Shown here piece after piece: positions 29,401-39,191 of a stretch of DNA of 64,000 nt. The notes below the pieces were generated by a model. It was not told the DNA's origin, searched no databases, and saw only the letters and a list, made by a program, of their open reading frames with translations. Within the stretch, counting starts at the first letter, position 1. Every line of letters begins with the position of its first letter. This DNA comes from Nitrospinota bacterium. Its GTDB lineage: Bacteria; Nitrospinota; Nitrospinia; Nitrospinales; VA-1. The translations under genes and the position numbers were made by a program. Location: positions 9,078 to 73,077 of the forward strand of contig WAIB01000010.1 of assembly GCA_009873655.1 (NCBI GenBank). Direction: 5' to 3'.

Positions 29401-30487
29401 GAGTCATAAACTGGGAGGGAAAGTGGACGGACTCAAAGTCCTGTTGAAAGGACCTTTTGAACTTCCCCGGATATTAAAAAATATCAATATTGCCCTTAAC
29501 AATGAAATCAATCTGAAAATCGAAAAAGAAATGAAGGAAGAATTATTTGGAAACATAAATGCCAGGGGCGAACTATATACAGTACAAAAAATCAAACAAG
29601 TCGCCGGAGAAAGGATAGATCTTGAGGGACAACTTGGGTTCAATCATTTCAGTGCTGAGATCCCCTCGGTAGTTGAATTGAAAAATTTGACCGGCAACTT
29701 TCCATTCAGCAAATCCCTTTTACTTTCCTCCGACTCTACTTCCGGAAATGCTGTCTCACCCGCGCAAAAAAGTTTTTACAAACAGTTGCGGGAGTTTTCC
29801 CGTTACAAAAATAATATCAAGATGGACTCCCTGGAAATATCCGGTCAAAAAATTGAAAATATTGGCATGGATGCTGTGTTCAAGGACAACCGGCTCACTG
29901 CGGACAAATTTATTTTCGATGTTTTAGGCGGAACGGTGGGAGGACATTTTTCTTTCACACAAACATCAAGCGGACCTACCCTGAAATTTGTCACGGAATT
30001 TGCCAAAATCGATTCATCCCGGCTACTACCGCAAAACCAGGAAAAAAATATCGACTCGAAAATTGACGGCAATATGGAAATAGCTGTTCAGGTAGAAACG
30101 GCTGATGTCTCTTTGGATAAATTGTCTTTAAAAATAGCGATTACAAAAATCGGTGCGGAAACCTTAGATCGCCTTCTGCTTTATATTGATCCGGAAGAAA
30201 GCAAACCGGCCATTGTGGACACACGCGCAAAACTCAAAATCGCATCACCTCATCGTGTTTTGATCTCCCTGGGAAATGGAAATTTGAATATGGAAGCCTG
30301 GCTGAAGAGTGATTTGCTGGGAATCATTAAAGCGCCGGAATTGAAAAGAATTCCCGTGGCGGGACTCAAACAATTCGCGGCAATCAATGAGAAACTGCAC
30401 TCGCTTAAAGGAACATTAGAACTATTGAATATTGTAGCTGCGAAAAGAATTGTGTTTGAAAACGAAAAACCGGTTTTCAAAAACTGA
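26465..30487 (+). CDS. Large AsmA-like (repeating beta-groove, TamB/YdbH-like) envelope protein
   Basis: Single N-terminal TM helix, AsmA-type N-terminus (INQVLIDQP...GVWNFQPL), about 1300 aa of amphipathic beta-strands. Confidence 0.7.
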   Translation: MRKNKTNPASKEKEPESEAPVREAKKPSLAAKLLKGWVYFFFFLFVLIAGIGLVLEYYFPAEEIRVLAEKEGTRQLKLPLAIKKIKFSLLSGIRVDGLVLGPSAKPIASVQTMLLDYDLSQLIQGHLVINQVLIDQPQVIAISQKGVWNFQPLLDLGGSKNTPAPSTTGTPALPLTKIDLQQLKIQNIGATLVMDDQISAIIKGLSLEAKGKAGRDKLDLTLRVLMHPEKDANILFKNQKEKLYFESKTTTDLTFSARDLNKLNVSGRFGFNENQVKLGDALPSPDLEGSLSAEVQLQPERIHLSAFSLKLDDKNKIAFSTKIKNFSTAPAIETQIEKVSFRLSDILRWGAKWLPPISGNGTLEAENLGIQAELPGFKPENISLKGGSLSTRDLALDYSDFKIHIRGLDSSLKINEAILKKGKPAKVSAELKMQLVKGRAEEAEIRNWKQKLTLDAGGPELSKIKMGFNTDIGSLHYQHPLSKKVSLPFHAKGSLSGDLKRGDLKLQKISYQSGKFLKGNLSGEIKEEKSVQLQKGISLNISEALKILPREISSKIPKAEASGQTQVSFSVSGKLNSKFQPTHLHTNAEINLNQVSAKLDEPRIEVEGLNTSLTFPLDYEVEHGVKIPILEIETKLKHIQALNNWNLKNFSSNIKLNSESFYNLKSDFGTLPVKLNSQIKLGKLISTQPELSLADFKTDALLKGDLRPNDFRNSRLEGKVSIRNLNALKKIQVGKVDSQFSLQVHDKSLSRIHLSQKTKVTSINEDDLKLSLKEMSIESLSRKDLLNGNFDLDKFRLNAPGLVAFHLKGNAKNWGENFELENTVDGFELASILRNIPEDTKKSLGIKDLGGKIQLTFQTHGELPPANNKDLKPFERWKKLFASLGPNNLPPLEISSRFQLLNGKAGHLDKNIRGVNLETQLNFKNGSANLSGKTSGNLQGMEIFETLPLYPEFEFHYQLENLNTLILAKHQLNLKNRGLSHKLGGKVDGLKVLLKGPFELPRILKNINIALNNEINLKIEKEMKEELFGNINARGELYTVQKIKQVAGERIDLEGQLGFNHFSAEIPSVVELKNLTGNFPFSKSLLLSSDSTSGNAVSPAQKSFYKQLREFSRYKNNIKMDSLEISGQKIENIGMDAVFKDNRLTADKFIFDVLGGTVGGHFSFTQTSSGPTLKFVTEFAKIDSSRLLPQNQEKNIDSKIDGNMEIAVQVETADVSLDKLSLKIAITKIGAETLDRLLLYIDPEESKPAIVDTRAKLKIASPHRVLISLGNGNLNMEAWLKSDLLGIIKAPELKRIPVAGLKQFAAINEKLHSLKGTLELLNIVAAKRIVFENEKPVFKN

Positions 30488-30491
30488 TTGA

Positions 30492-31139
30492 TTACCGGCG
30501 GCCTCTGCCTCTGGGTCCCCCGCCACCCCGGCTGCCTCGGTTTTGTCCGCCTTGTTGCCGTTGCGGCCGTTGTCCCCGAAAATTTCCCTGACCCCCTTGC
30601 CGTTGCTGACGTTGTCCTTGTAAATTTTCTCTACGCCCCTGTCGTCGATCCTGCCTGGCATCACGGCGGTCCTGACGTTTTTCTTGAAATTGCTCTCTTC
30701 TGTCTTGCCGTCGTTCCTGTCTTGCATCCCGACGTTCCTGACGTTTTTCTTGAAACTGCTCTTTACGGTCCTGTCTTCGTTCCTGCCTGGCGTCGCGTCG
30801 ATCCTGACGTTTTTCTCGAAATTGCTTTCTTCTGTCTTGCCGGCGTTCCTGTCTTGCGTCCCGCCGTTCCTGACGTTTTTCTCGAAACTGCTCTCTTCTG
30901 TCTTGCCGGCGTTCCTGCCTTGCGTCCCGGCGTTCCTCCCGGTTTTGCCGAAATTCTTCTCTTCTTTTTTGAATTTCTTCCCTGCGCTGTTGTTGCTCTT
31001 CCTGCCGTTGCTGGCGTCTTCCTTCAAAAGCTTCCCTTCGAGTATCTTCCGTGCCCTCTATAGAATCCTGGCCCCAGGCCACACTCGCACTCAAACCTAA
31101 AAAAATAAATGTCCACACAGATAGCCATGTTTTCATCAC
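30492..31139 (-). CDS. Secreted R/E/Q-rich tandem-repeat protein with a Gly/Arg-rich tail
   Basis: Signal peptide MKTWLSVW...SVAWG-Q, RBS-like AGGGGTG, 5 x 22-aa repeats. The start is GTG 31139 or ATG 31136. Confidence 0.75.
   Translation of the reverse strand: MMKTWLSVWTFIFLGLSASVAWGQDSIEGTEDTRREAFEGRRQQRQEEQQQRREEIQKRREEFRQNREERRDARQERRQDRREQFREKRQERRDARQERRQDRRKQFREKRQDRRDARQERRQDRKEQFQEKRQERRDARQERRQDRREQFQEKRQDRRDARQDRRQGRRENLQGQRQQRQGGQGNFRGQRPQRQQGGQNRGSRGGGGPRGRGRR
30636..30965 (-). repeat. Intragenic tandem repeat, 5 x 66 nt
   Basis: Encodes five degenerate copies of RREQFREKRQERRDARQERRQD. Confidence 0.85.
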
Positions 31140-31164
31140 TCACCCCTTTCTCAGAAAGGAAAAA

Positions 31165-32049
31165 CTATTTTTGGGAAGACTTGTTTAGCTGGCTCATAAC
31201 CGTTTCGGTTTCTGCTTCTACTTCCTCGCGCTTTCTCCATTCCCATACCTTTAAATGGGCACCCATATAATAGGTATGGTCGAGCAGAGACTCCCCATCC
31301 ATAACCCCCCAGCGACCATCTTCAACTTCAGTCAAAGCTTCGTAAATGGGATTTTCTACGGAAGTGTAGAGCAACTCAAGATCCTGCGGGCTTACTTTTT
31401 GTCCCAACAAAATTTTAACTGACGAATCATCAATTTCAAAATCCGCCTGAATGGCTTTCAGCGCCTCCGATCTGGACTTGCCTTCTTTAATACCCTCCTG
31501 CCATTTTTCCTCAATGGTTTTATTTCTTTTCGCAAAAGGGTAATGGGTGTAACCCAGGCTTTTACCAACATGGAAATCCATATCCGGGAAATACAGATAC
31601 GACCAATCTTCGAAGTCCACTTCCGCTGCTTCCGACACCTCCATTTCTTTTGCTTTTTCAGGGGATTCGACCAGCATTCGGTTATAAAACTGAACGAATT
31701 CATTCATACTTTCAAAAACCACCGAGTGGTAAAAGGAGTTCATCCGGTACCAGTTATTGGAAGAGTTTTGGGCGTTCAACAATTTTCTAAGCATCTGAAC
31801 GAGTGTTTCCGCATCGGCAAACTGGCTGGAGATGGGGAAAAAATTCTGTAAAAACTGCGTAAGTTTCTCACTATCGCCGGAATCGATAGTTTCCTGCAGC
31901 TGGTTTTTTACATATTCCAAGGAGTGCTTGACCAAATTGACATGGTTGAGCTTGCGCTGATAATCCATATACTGCTTGATTTCGTCATTTTCACTCTCTT
32001 TGGGGTTTGCCGGTTTGTTTTGGGTAATATCTAGCGCAAAAGCAAGCAT
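31165..32049 (-). CDS. Hypothetical acidic protein (294 aa)
   Basis: Long ORF with protein-like composition, 25 nt upstream of the repeat-protein gene. No family recognised. Confidence 0.7.
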   Translation of the reverse strand: MLAFALDITQNKPANPKESENDEIKQYMDYQRKLNHVNLVKHSLEYVKNQLQETIDSGDSEKLTQFLQNFFPISSQFADAETLVQMLRKLLNAQNSSNNWYRMNSFYHSVVFESMNEFVQFYNRMLVESPEKAKEMEVSEAAEVDFEDWSYLYFPDMDFHVGKSLGYTHYPFAKRNKTIEEKWQEGIKEGKSRSEALKAIQADFEIDDSSVKILLGQKVSPQDLELLYTSVENPIYEALTEVEDGRWGVMDGESLLDHTYYMGAHLKVWEWRKREEVEAETETVMSQLNKSSQK

Positions 32050-32322
32050 AAGGGTTTTCTTCCAATTCGTTTTTAAAGGAAACTAAATCAAATGTATTGA
32101 ATAGTTTATAAGATAATTTAAATTCCCCCCTCCTGTCAACCCGGGCCACGCCCTGTGGAAATAGGTCCATACCCGAAATTCTGGCATTTACCATCAGCCT
32201 TTAATTTAAATTTCATTCCTAATTTTCCCAGACGCCGTCCGGGAGTTGCACCATCCAGAAGCTTGAAAGTTTTCTTATCGTGATAAAGGCACCGACCCAA
32301 TATAATCCAGCATCACGCCGGG

Positions 32323-32351
32323 TTGACAAGGATGTTGGGGTCTGTTAGCGT
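32323..32351 (+). promoter_or_regulatory. Sigma70-type promoter of hflKC
   Basis: TTGACA-N17-TAGCGT with an extended -10 TG, about 50 nt upstream of hflK. Confidence 0.55.
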
Positions 32352-32402
32352 AACTCCCATTGTTTTATCTATTTATTAATCTTTTTTGGATGTATTAAAA
32401 GT

Positions 32403-33467
32403 ATGCCCTGGGACGATTTACATGATTCGAAAGAACCTGATGACAGGTTTAGAAATAGAGGACCTCAAGGTGGAGGGGGACAGGGAGGACCTCAAAAACC
32501 CCCGTTTGAAATTCCTCAGTTAAAGATTCCTCAATTCAAACCCTCTATGTTGTTGGGGGTCATTCTACTTTTACTTGTTGTCTGGATCATTCCGGGTACC
32601 TTTTATTTCGTAGAGCCTGATGAAGAAGGGGTGGTAACGCGGTTTGGAAAATTCAGCCGAACCACATCACCGGGTTTGCATTTCAAATTTCCATCTCCAA
32701 TAGAGCATGCGGCAACACCAAAAATCACACAGATAAGACGGGCAGAAATTGGTTTCCGGGCGGCCCCCGGGCGGCCCACTCAAAGAGTCCCTGCAGAATC
32801 GCTCATGCTTACCGGTGATCAAAACATTGTCGACATCAATCTGGTGGTCCAATATCGGATAATGGATTCGGTGGCTTACCTGTTTAATGTCCGCCGACCC
32901 CATAAACTGATTCGCGATTCGGCAGAAACGGTAATTCGTGGAATCACAGGCAGTAAAAAAATCGATGAAGCTTTGACCACTGGGAAAGCCGAAATACAGG
33001 TTCTGGCAAAAGATCAGATTCAGGGTCTTCTTGATAAATACGAATCAGGGCTGCAAGTCGTCACCATTCAGCTTCAAGATGTGAACCCACCCGAACAGGT
33101 GGCAGATTCATTCAAGGACGTAGTACGAGCCCGCGAAGACAAAGAGAGAATGATCAATGAAGCGCAGGGCTATCGAAATGCAGTGATTCCTGAAGCCCGT
33201 GGGCAGGCCGCACAAATCGTTCGAGTCGCGGAAGGTTACCGGGAAGAAAAAATCAAAAAAGCCGAAGGTGATGCCAAACGATTTCTTCAGCAATATGAAG
33301 AGTATAAAAAAGCCCCTGACATTACCCGCAAAAGGATATATCTGGAAACAATGGAAGAAATCCTCCCTGATATAAACAAGGTGGTCATGGAAAGTAAAAA
33401 AGGCGGTGGGGTCTTACCCATCCTCCCATTAGGCAAAAACCCCATATTGGGAGGTGATAAAAAATAG
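32403..33467 (+). CDS. hflK: FtsH protease modulator HflK
   Basis: MPW N-terminus, TM helix, SPFH domain (GVVTRFGK, MLTGDQNIV), EARGQA, TRKRIYLETMEE. Confidence 0.95.
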   Translation: MPWDDLHDSKEPDDRFRNRGPQGGGGQGGPQKPPFEIPQLKIPQFKPSMLLGVILLLLVVWIIPGTFYFVEPDEEGVVTRFGKFSRTTSPGLHFKFPSPIEHAATPKITQIRRAEIGFRAAPGRPTQRVPAESLMLTGDQNIVDINLVVQYRIMDSVAYLFNVRRPHKLIRDSAETVIRGITGSKKIDEALTTGKAEIQVLAKDQIQGLLDKYESGLQVVTIQLQDVNPPEQVADSFKDVVRAREDKERMINEAQGYRNAVIPEARGQAAQIVRVAEGYREEKIKKAEGDAKRFLQQYEEYKKAPDITRKRIYLETMEEILPDINKVVMESKKGGGVLPILPLGKNPILGGDKK

Positions 33468-33469
33468 CC

Positions 33470-34321
33470 ATGAAACAAAACACTTTTATTATCGCGGTCG
33501 TTATTGCCATCATCATTCTTTCGTCATCCATGTTTACGGTACACATGACGCAAAGCGTGATTGTGCTGGAATTGCAGAAACCTAAAAAAACGATAACAGA
33601 ACCCGGGCTTTACTTTAAAATCCCGTTTTTCCAGCAGGTTAAATATTTTTCCAGGCAACTCCTGGACAACGATTCTCCTCCAGCGGAAGTTATAACCAGG
33701 GATAAGAAAAACCTGTTAATAGACAATTTCACCATGTTCCGCATAAATGATCCCCTGAAATTCCTTGAAACGGTCCGTGGCGAGCAGGGTGCCCGTGCAC
33801 GTCTGGATGATATTGTTTATTCTGAACTTCGTGTAGAAATCGGTCAGCATGACTTGATTGATATAGTTACAGAAACTCGTGACACCATCATGACCAAGGT
33901 AACCAAGGAAGCAAATAAAAAAGCCGCGGAATATGGACTCGAAGTCATCGAAGTAAGAATCAAACGTACGGATTTGCCTCCTGAAATCGCTAATTCCATT
34001 TTCAACCGAATGCGTACCGAGCGTGAACGGATTGCCATGGAATACCGGTCGGAGGGAAAAGAAGAAGCCACCAAAATTCGCGCTGAAACAGATAAAGAGA
34101 AAACCATTCTCGTCGCCGAAGCCTATAAGCAGGAACAGGCGATCCGGGGTGAAGGCGATGGTATGGCGACAAAAATTTACGCGGACGCTTTTGCGAAAGA
34201 CCCCAAGTTTTTCTCGTTTATGAGATCTATGGAAGCGTATAAAAAATCGTTAAAAAAAGATACTACTCTCCTGATGTCTGAGGAGTCCGATTTTCTTGGA
34301 TTCCTTAATAAATCTAAATAA
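33470..34321 (+). CDS. hflC: FtsH protease modulator HflC
   Basis: Motifs PGLYFKIPF, TRDKKNL, VRIKRTDLP, RMRTERER, DPKFFSFMRSMEAY; follows hflK. Confidence 0.95.
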   Translation: MKQNTFIIAVVIAIIILSSSMFTVHMTQSVIVLELQKPKKTITEPGLYFKIPFFQQVKYFSRQLLDNDSPPAEVITRDKKNLLIDNFTMFRINDPLKFLETVRGEQGARARLDDIVYSELRVEIGQHDLIDIVTETRDTIMTKVTKEANKKAAEYGLEVIEVRIKRTDLPPEIANSIFNRMRTERERIAMEYRSEGKEEATKIRAETDKEKTILVAEAYKQEQAIRGEGDGMATKIYADAFAKDPKFFSFMRSMEAYKKSLKKDTTLLMSEESDFLGFLNKSK

Positions 34322-34401
34322 CCTGCTCCCCTGATACTGGGGTGGAAAAAATAACAGGAACCTCTTATTATAGTGATGGGATTTCTTTTCTATAAGGTCG
34401 C

Positions 34402-35769
34402 ATGAGAATACTCATTGTTGGCGCGGGAATAGTCGGGTTCAATCTTGCTCAGGAACTTTCGCAAGAAGGTCATGACGTCGCCATTGTGGATATGGACCTG
34501 GACCGCACACGGAGAATCTCGGATACGTTGGACGTCATGGCGATTCATGGCAATGCCTGCAAGCCCAGCGTATTGGTCAGGGCAGGTATTAAATCCACCG
34601 AAATGTTGATTGCCGTGACCGAAAAAGACGAGATCAACCTACTCGCCTGTTCTTTAGCTTCCCGATTTAACGTTCCAAACAGGTTTGCCCGTCTACGTGA
34701 CATGGAATTTACCACCAACGGGGCTGTCCTTTCTCCTCAAGACCTGTTTATTGACCAGGCGATCAATCCCCCGCAAATAATGATTGAGACCATTCTCAAA
34801 TTTCTGGAAACTCCGGGGGTGGTCAACGTGGCTGAATTCGCTGACGGGGAGGTTCTTTTGCGAGAATTCGACGTTCCCGAAAACGCTCCCATTTCCGGGA
34901 AATCCATTCAGGACATCCGCAATATCACTTTGATGGAATCCTTTTTAATCGTGGCCATTGTCCGAAATGGGGAACTTGTTCTCCCCAAGGATGAAGATAT
35001 CATTCATTCCGGCGACCGGTTTTACACACTTGTCGATAAAGAATTCCTGCCTTTTTTGCTTCCCATGCTGAACAAAACTCTGGATGAGGTTGAAAAGGTA
35101 ATCATATACGGCGCAACCCCTATGGCGATTCATCTTGCGAAGGCTTTGGAAGAACAGGGTCACGATGTCCGCATTATTGAACCCTCCAGAGAAATGGCCC
35201 ACGTCGCAGCGGATGCTTTAAAGAAAACCGTGGTGATGCATGGCAGTGGAACCGATATGGATTTGTTCAATGAGATTAATATGAAAGAAGCTGATTTTTT
35301 TCTGGCTCTTTCCGATGACGATGAAAACAATATCCTCTCTGCGTTGCTTGCCAAAAAATATGGAGCCAAACGGGCTCTCGTAATCACCAACGATCCGGAA
35401 TACCTGCCTATTCTAGATTCCATTGGAATGGATATCACCATCAATCCCAGGTTAATAACCGTCAGTGCTATTTTGAAGCATCTAAGAAAAGGTCGGGTGA
35501 TGTCTGTATTCAAGCTGATTGAAGATGCCGAGGTCATGGAAATTGGAGTCGAACCCGACTCCTCCATCGTGGACAAGCAAATTTCAAAAATCAAATTTCC
35601 CAAAGAGGCCATCATCGGTGCCATTCTAAGAAAAGGGGAAATGCTGATTCCTAACGATGAAATCACCCTGGAAGCCGGCGACTCCGTCATACTGGTCGCC
35701 CTGCCCGGGGCTATAGAAAAAATTGAAAAACTCTTTGACCGCAAGCGCTCCTTTCTCCCCTTTCGATGA
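34402..35769 (+). CDS. trkA: Trk potassium uptake NAD-binding subunit
   Basis: MRILIVGAGIVG and two TrkA-N/TrkA-C repeats; 455 aa. Confidence 0.95.
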   Translation: MRILIVGAGIVGFNLAQELSQEGHDVAIVDMDLDRTRRISDTLDVMAIHGNACKPSVLVRAGIKSTEMLIAVTEKDEINLLACSLASRFNVPNRFARLRDMEFTTNGAVLSPQDLFIDQAINPPQIMIETILKFLETPGVVNVAEFADGEVLLREFDVPENAPISGKSIQDIRNITLMESFLIVAIVRNGELVLPKDEDIIHSGDRFYTLVDKEFLPFLLPMLNKTLDEVEKVIIYGATPMAIHLAKALEEQGHDVRIIEPSREMAHVAADALKKTVVMHGSGTDMDLFNEINMKEADFFLALSDDDENNILSALLAKKYGAKRALVITNDPEYLPILDSIGMDITINPRLITVSAILKHLRKGRVMSVFKLIEDAEVMEIGVEPDSSIVDKQISKIKFPKEAIIGAILRKGEMLIPNDEITLEAGDSVILVALPGAIEKIEKLFDRKRSFLPFR

Positions 35770-37238
35770 ATATCCAGGCGATATTAAATGTTGTTGGAGT
35801 TTTATTAATTCTTCTTTCCGCTCTTCTACTGGCCCCGCTGGGGGTTTCCATGTACTACGGGCACCCGGCTCTCGAAGGTTATATTACGGAAACCCTTGCG
35901 TTCAGCATGACCTTTGCAGGAGGTCTTGTAACGGGCCTCCTGTTTTGGAAACTATTCCCCTCGGGGATTGAAAAGCTTCGGGACCGGGAGGGGTTTGCGA
36001 TTGTCGCTTCATCATGGATGGCCATGTCCGCCTTTGGCGCTCTTCCTCTTTACCTCACTGGAATCTGCCCTGATTATATCGACGCATTATTTGAAAGCAC
36101 CAGCGGCTTCACAACTACGGGAGCATCCATCCTCATCGATATCGATGCGGTGCCTCGTGGAATCCTCTTCTGGAGAAACCTGATGCAGTGGGTGGGGGGA
36201 ATGGGAATCATCCTGCTCTCTTTGGCCATTTTCCCGATGCTGGGAATCGGCAGCTTCCATTTATTCAAAGCAGAAATTCCCGGTGGATCCACCGTGGAAC
36301 AGATGCAACCCCGATTGGCGGAGACCGCAAAAATTCTTTGGAAAACGTATCTCGCTTTGACCGTCATTGAGATCATCGCTTTGCTTTTCGCTGGTTTGGA
36401 TTTATTCGATGCAGTGTGCCACACCTTCTCCACCGTAGCCACAGGCGGCTTTTCACCCCACAATGGCAGTGTGGGTGTTTTTAATAATATTTTTATTGAA
36501 GCCATTGTGATCTTGTTCATGTTTTTTGGAGGGATCAATTTTGCCCTGCATTCGCAAATAGTCAGAGGGAATTTCGCAGGCGCATTAAAAAACCCGGAGT
36601 TTCGGGCCTACTGTTCCATGTTGATAATAGGAATTCTGCTGGTGACCTGGGGGCTCACCCGGGTATACCCTGACGGCCATGCAGGAGAAGCGTTCAGGAA
36701 TGCCACTTTCACCGTGGTTTCTATTCAAACGACAACCGGGTTCGTTACGGACGATTTTAATTTATGGCCTGAGTATTTAAAGCTCCTGATTCTGGGAATA
36801 ATGATGGTTGGCGGCTGCTCGGGTTCAACAAGTGGTTCTTTTAAAGTTATCCGTTTTATTATCCTTATAAAAATCATACTAAGAGAGCTCACCAAACTGG
36901 TTCATCCACGGGCCATATTTCATGTGAAAGTGGGAGATAAAACCATCAGTCCGGATGACCTGTCGAATGTTGCAGCCTTGACATTTCTTTTCATGGGAAT
37001 TTCAGCCCTAAGCTCCGTTTTACTTTCATTCATGGGGGTTGATTTGACCACTGCAATTTCTGCATCCATTGCTTCTCTGTTTAATATCGGTCCCGGCCTG
37101 GGTGCCGTAGGAGCGATGGGCAATTACGCCTCTATACCCGCCATGGGGAAGGGAATCCTCATTACCTGCATGTTATTGGGAAGGCTTGAAATTTATGGCA
37201 TTCTCCTTCTTTTACTTCCTATTGCCTGGCGCAAATAA
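35766..37238 (+). CDS. trkH: Trk potassium uptake membrane subunit
   Basis: Motifs FESTSGFTTTG, QWVGGMGII, ATGGFS, TTTGF, GGCSGSTSG, NIGPG, GRLE. Confidence 0.95.
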   Translation: MNIQAILNVVGVLLILLSALLLAPLGVSMYYGHPALEGYITETLAFSMTFAGGLVTGLLFWKLFPSGIEKLRDREGFAIVASSWMAMSAFGALPLYLTGICPDYIDALFESTSGFTTTGASILIDIDAVPRGILFWRNLMQWVGGMGIILLSLAIFPMLGIGSFHLFKAEIPGGSTVEQMQPRLAETAKILWKTYLALTVIEIIALLFAGLDLFDAVCHTFSTVATGGFSPHNGSVGVFNNIFIEAIVILFMFFGGINFALHSQIVRGNFAGALKNPEFRAYCSMLIIGILLVTWGLTRVYPDGHAGEAFRNATFTVVSIQTTTGFVTDDFNLWPEYLKLLILGIMMVGGCSGSTSGSFKVIRFIILIKIILRELTKLVHPRAIFHVKVGDKTISPDDLSNVAALTFLFMGISALSSVLLSFMGVDLTTAISASIASLFNIGPGLGAVGAMGNYASIPAMGKGILITCMLLGRLEIYGILLLLLPIAWRK

Positions 37239-37403
37239 GATTTGATTTTGCCAGGGCAATAACTTAGAATTTCGTGTCCCCAGCCAGAGTCTTTACTTTT
37301 TTTATCTAAATAAATATTTCTTGCTGGTATCTTTTTGTATTTGTTTAATTTTTCAGAGGGTCCAGGGCAAACGCGCCTCTGAATTTTCAGGGAATCATGG
37401 AGA

Positions 37404-39191
37404 ATGGAAACAAAACCTTTAAAAGTCACCGAACTCGTCCTCCGGGACGCTCACCAATCTCTTCTAGCTACCCGGATGAAAACAGAAGATATGCTGCCCA
37501 TTGCAGAAAAGCTCGACCAGGTGGGTTTTTTCTCAGTGGAAATGTGGGGTGGAGCTACATTTGATACCTGCATCCGCTTTCTGAATGAAGACCCCTGGGA
37601 AAGAGCCCGGGCTCTCAAAAAGAGGATGCCCAAAACTCCCTTCCAAATGCTGCTTCGAGGCCAGAATGCAGTGGGTTACCGGCATTATGCGGATGATGTT
37701 GTCGAAAGATTTGTCAAACAATCCGTTGAAGTGGGCATCAATATCTTCAGAATCTTTGATGCTCTCAACGATTTCCGAAATATAGAAACCGCAGTAAACA
37801 CCGTTAAAAAATGCGGGGAAACGGTTGAAGGCTGTATCAGTTATACCGTCAGTCCCGTCCATAATATTGAGCTTTATGTTCAAATGGGGAAAGACCTTGA
37901 AAACATGGGGTCGGATATCCTTTGTATAAAAGATATGGCGGGCCTGCTGACTCCCAGTGTGACCAAAGACCTCATCACAGAATTGAAGAAAAACGTCAAG
38001 CTGCCGATCCATCTACATTCGCACGCAACCACCGGCCTTGCGGGAATGAATTTTCAATGCGCGATCGAAGCCGGAGTTGACATGGTGGACACCGCCATCT
38101 CCTGCCTATCCATGGGGACATCTCATTACGCCACCGAATGTATTGTGGCAGCTTTGAAAGGAACTCCGCGCGATACCGGATTGGATCTGAGCCTGCTCGA
38201 GGAAATCAACGATTACTTTAAAGAAGTTAAGAAAAATTATGCTGAGTTTGAAAGTGATTTCAAAGGGGTGGACATCAACATTCTCAAGTCACAGATTCCC
38301 GGTGGAATGATTTCCAATATGGAAAACCAGTTGCGGGAGCAGAATGCCCTCGACAAGCTGGATGAAGTACTGGAGGAAGTACCGCGTGTGAGAAAAGATA
38401 TGGGTTACCCTCCCCTGGTTACCCCGACCAGCCAGATAGTGGGTTCGCAGGCCACGCTGAATGTTCTGACAGGCGAGCGCTATAAGGTAATCACCAAGGA
38501 AACCCGGCAATGTGTGATGGGCAATTACGGTAAACTTCCCGCCCCCATTGATGAAGGGCTTCTAAAGAAAGTGGCCGGGGACAAAAAAGTGACAGACTGC
38601 CGCCCCGCCGACTTGCTTGAACCCGAATGGGAAGGGGTCTGTAAAGAACTGGGAGATAAATATACCAGCGAAGAAGACCGGTTAACCTACGCGTTGTTTC
38701 AAAAAGTAGCCCTGAAGTTTTTTGAGAACCGGGGGAAACCCGCCCCAGCGAGCAAGCCTGCGGCCGCAAAAGCGGCCCCTGCAAGCGCACCTGCAAGTCC
38801 TGCTGCCGCACCCGCACCTCAAGGGGGTTCGTCCGTTTATCAAGTCAGAGTTAATGGAAAAGATTTTACAGTGGAAGTGGCAGCGGGGGGATCAGGAACA
38901 ATGGCCCCTGCACCGGTTGCTGCCGCACCTGCTGCTGCCGCGCCTGCAGCACCCGCACCCGCACCTGCTTCGGGAGGAGGGACCCCGTTGACGGCTCCCT
39001 TACCCGGGTCGATTTTCTCACTAAAATGTAAAGTGGGGGATGTGGTAAACCCAGGGGATACGATTCTAATAATGGAATCCATGAAAATGGAAAGTGAAGT
39101 GAAGGCCCAGCAGGCTGGCACCATTCAATCCATTTTGGTTAAAGAAGGTGATAATGTTCAGACCGGCGATCAATTGGCAATCATAGGGTAA
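37404..39191 (+). CDS. oadA: Oxaloacetate decarboxylase alpha subunit (carboxyltransferase + biotin carrier)
   Basis: Motifs [44 protein letters not shown]; Ala/Pro linker; biotinyl ESMKM. Confidence 0.92.
   Translation: METKPLKVTELVLRDAHQSLLATRMKTEDMLPIAEKLDQVGFFSVEMWGGATFDTCIRFLNEDPWERARALKKRMPKTPFQMLLRGQNAVGYRHYADDVVERFVKQSVEVGINIFRIFDALNDFRNIETAVNTVKKCGETVEGCISYTVSPVHNIELYVQMGKDLENMGSDILCIKDMAGLLTPSVTKDLITELKKNVKLPIHLHSHATTGLAGMNFQCAIEAGVDMVDTAISCLSMGTSHYATECIVAALKGTPRDTGLDLSLLEEINDYFKEVKKNYAEFESDFKGVDINILKSQIPGGMISNMENQLREQNALDKLDEVLEEVPRVRKDMGYPPLVTPTSQIVGSQATLNVLTGERYKVITKETRQCVMGNYGKLPAPIDEGLLKKVAGDKKVTDCRPADLLEPEWEGVCKELGDKYTSEEDRLTYALFQKVALKFFENRGKPAPASKPAAAKAAPASAPASPAAAPAPQGGSSVYQVRVNGKDFTVEVAAGGSGTMAPAPVAAAPAAAAPAAPAPAPASGGGTPLTAPLPGSIFSLKCKVGDVVNPGDTILIMESMKMESEVKAQQAGTIQSILVKEGDNVQTGDQLAIIG

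Noticed and set aside
30422-31100. Three extra long ORFs overlapping the repeat protein (30422-31027, 30488-31063, 30684-31100)
   Set aside because: They are by-products of a stop-free 66-nt tandem repeat. Only 30492-31139 has an RBS and a signal peptide.
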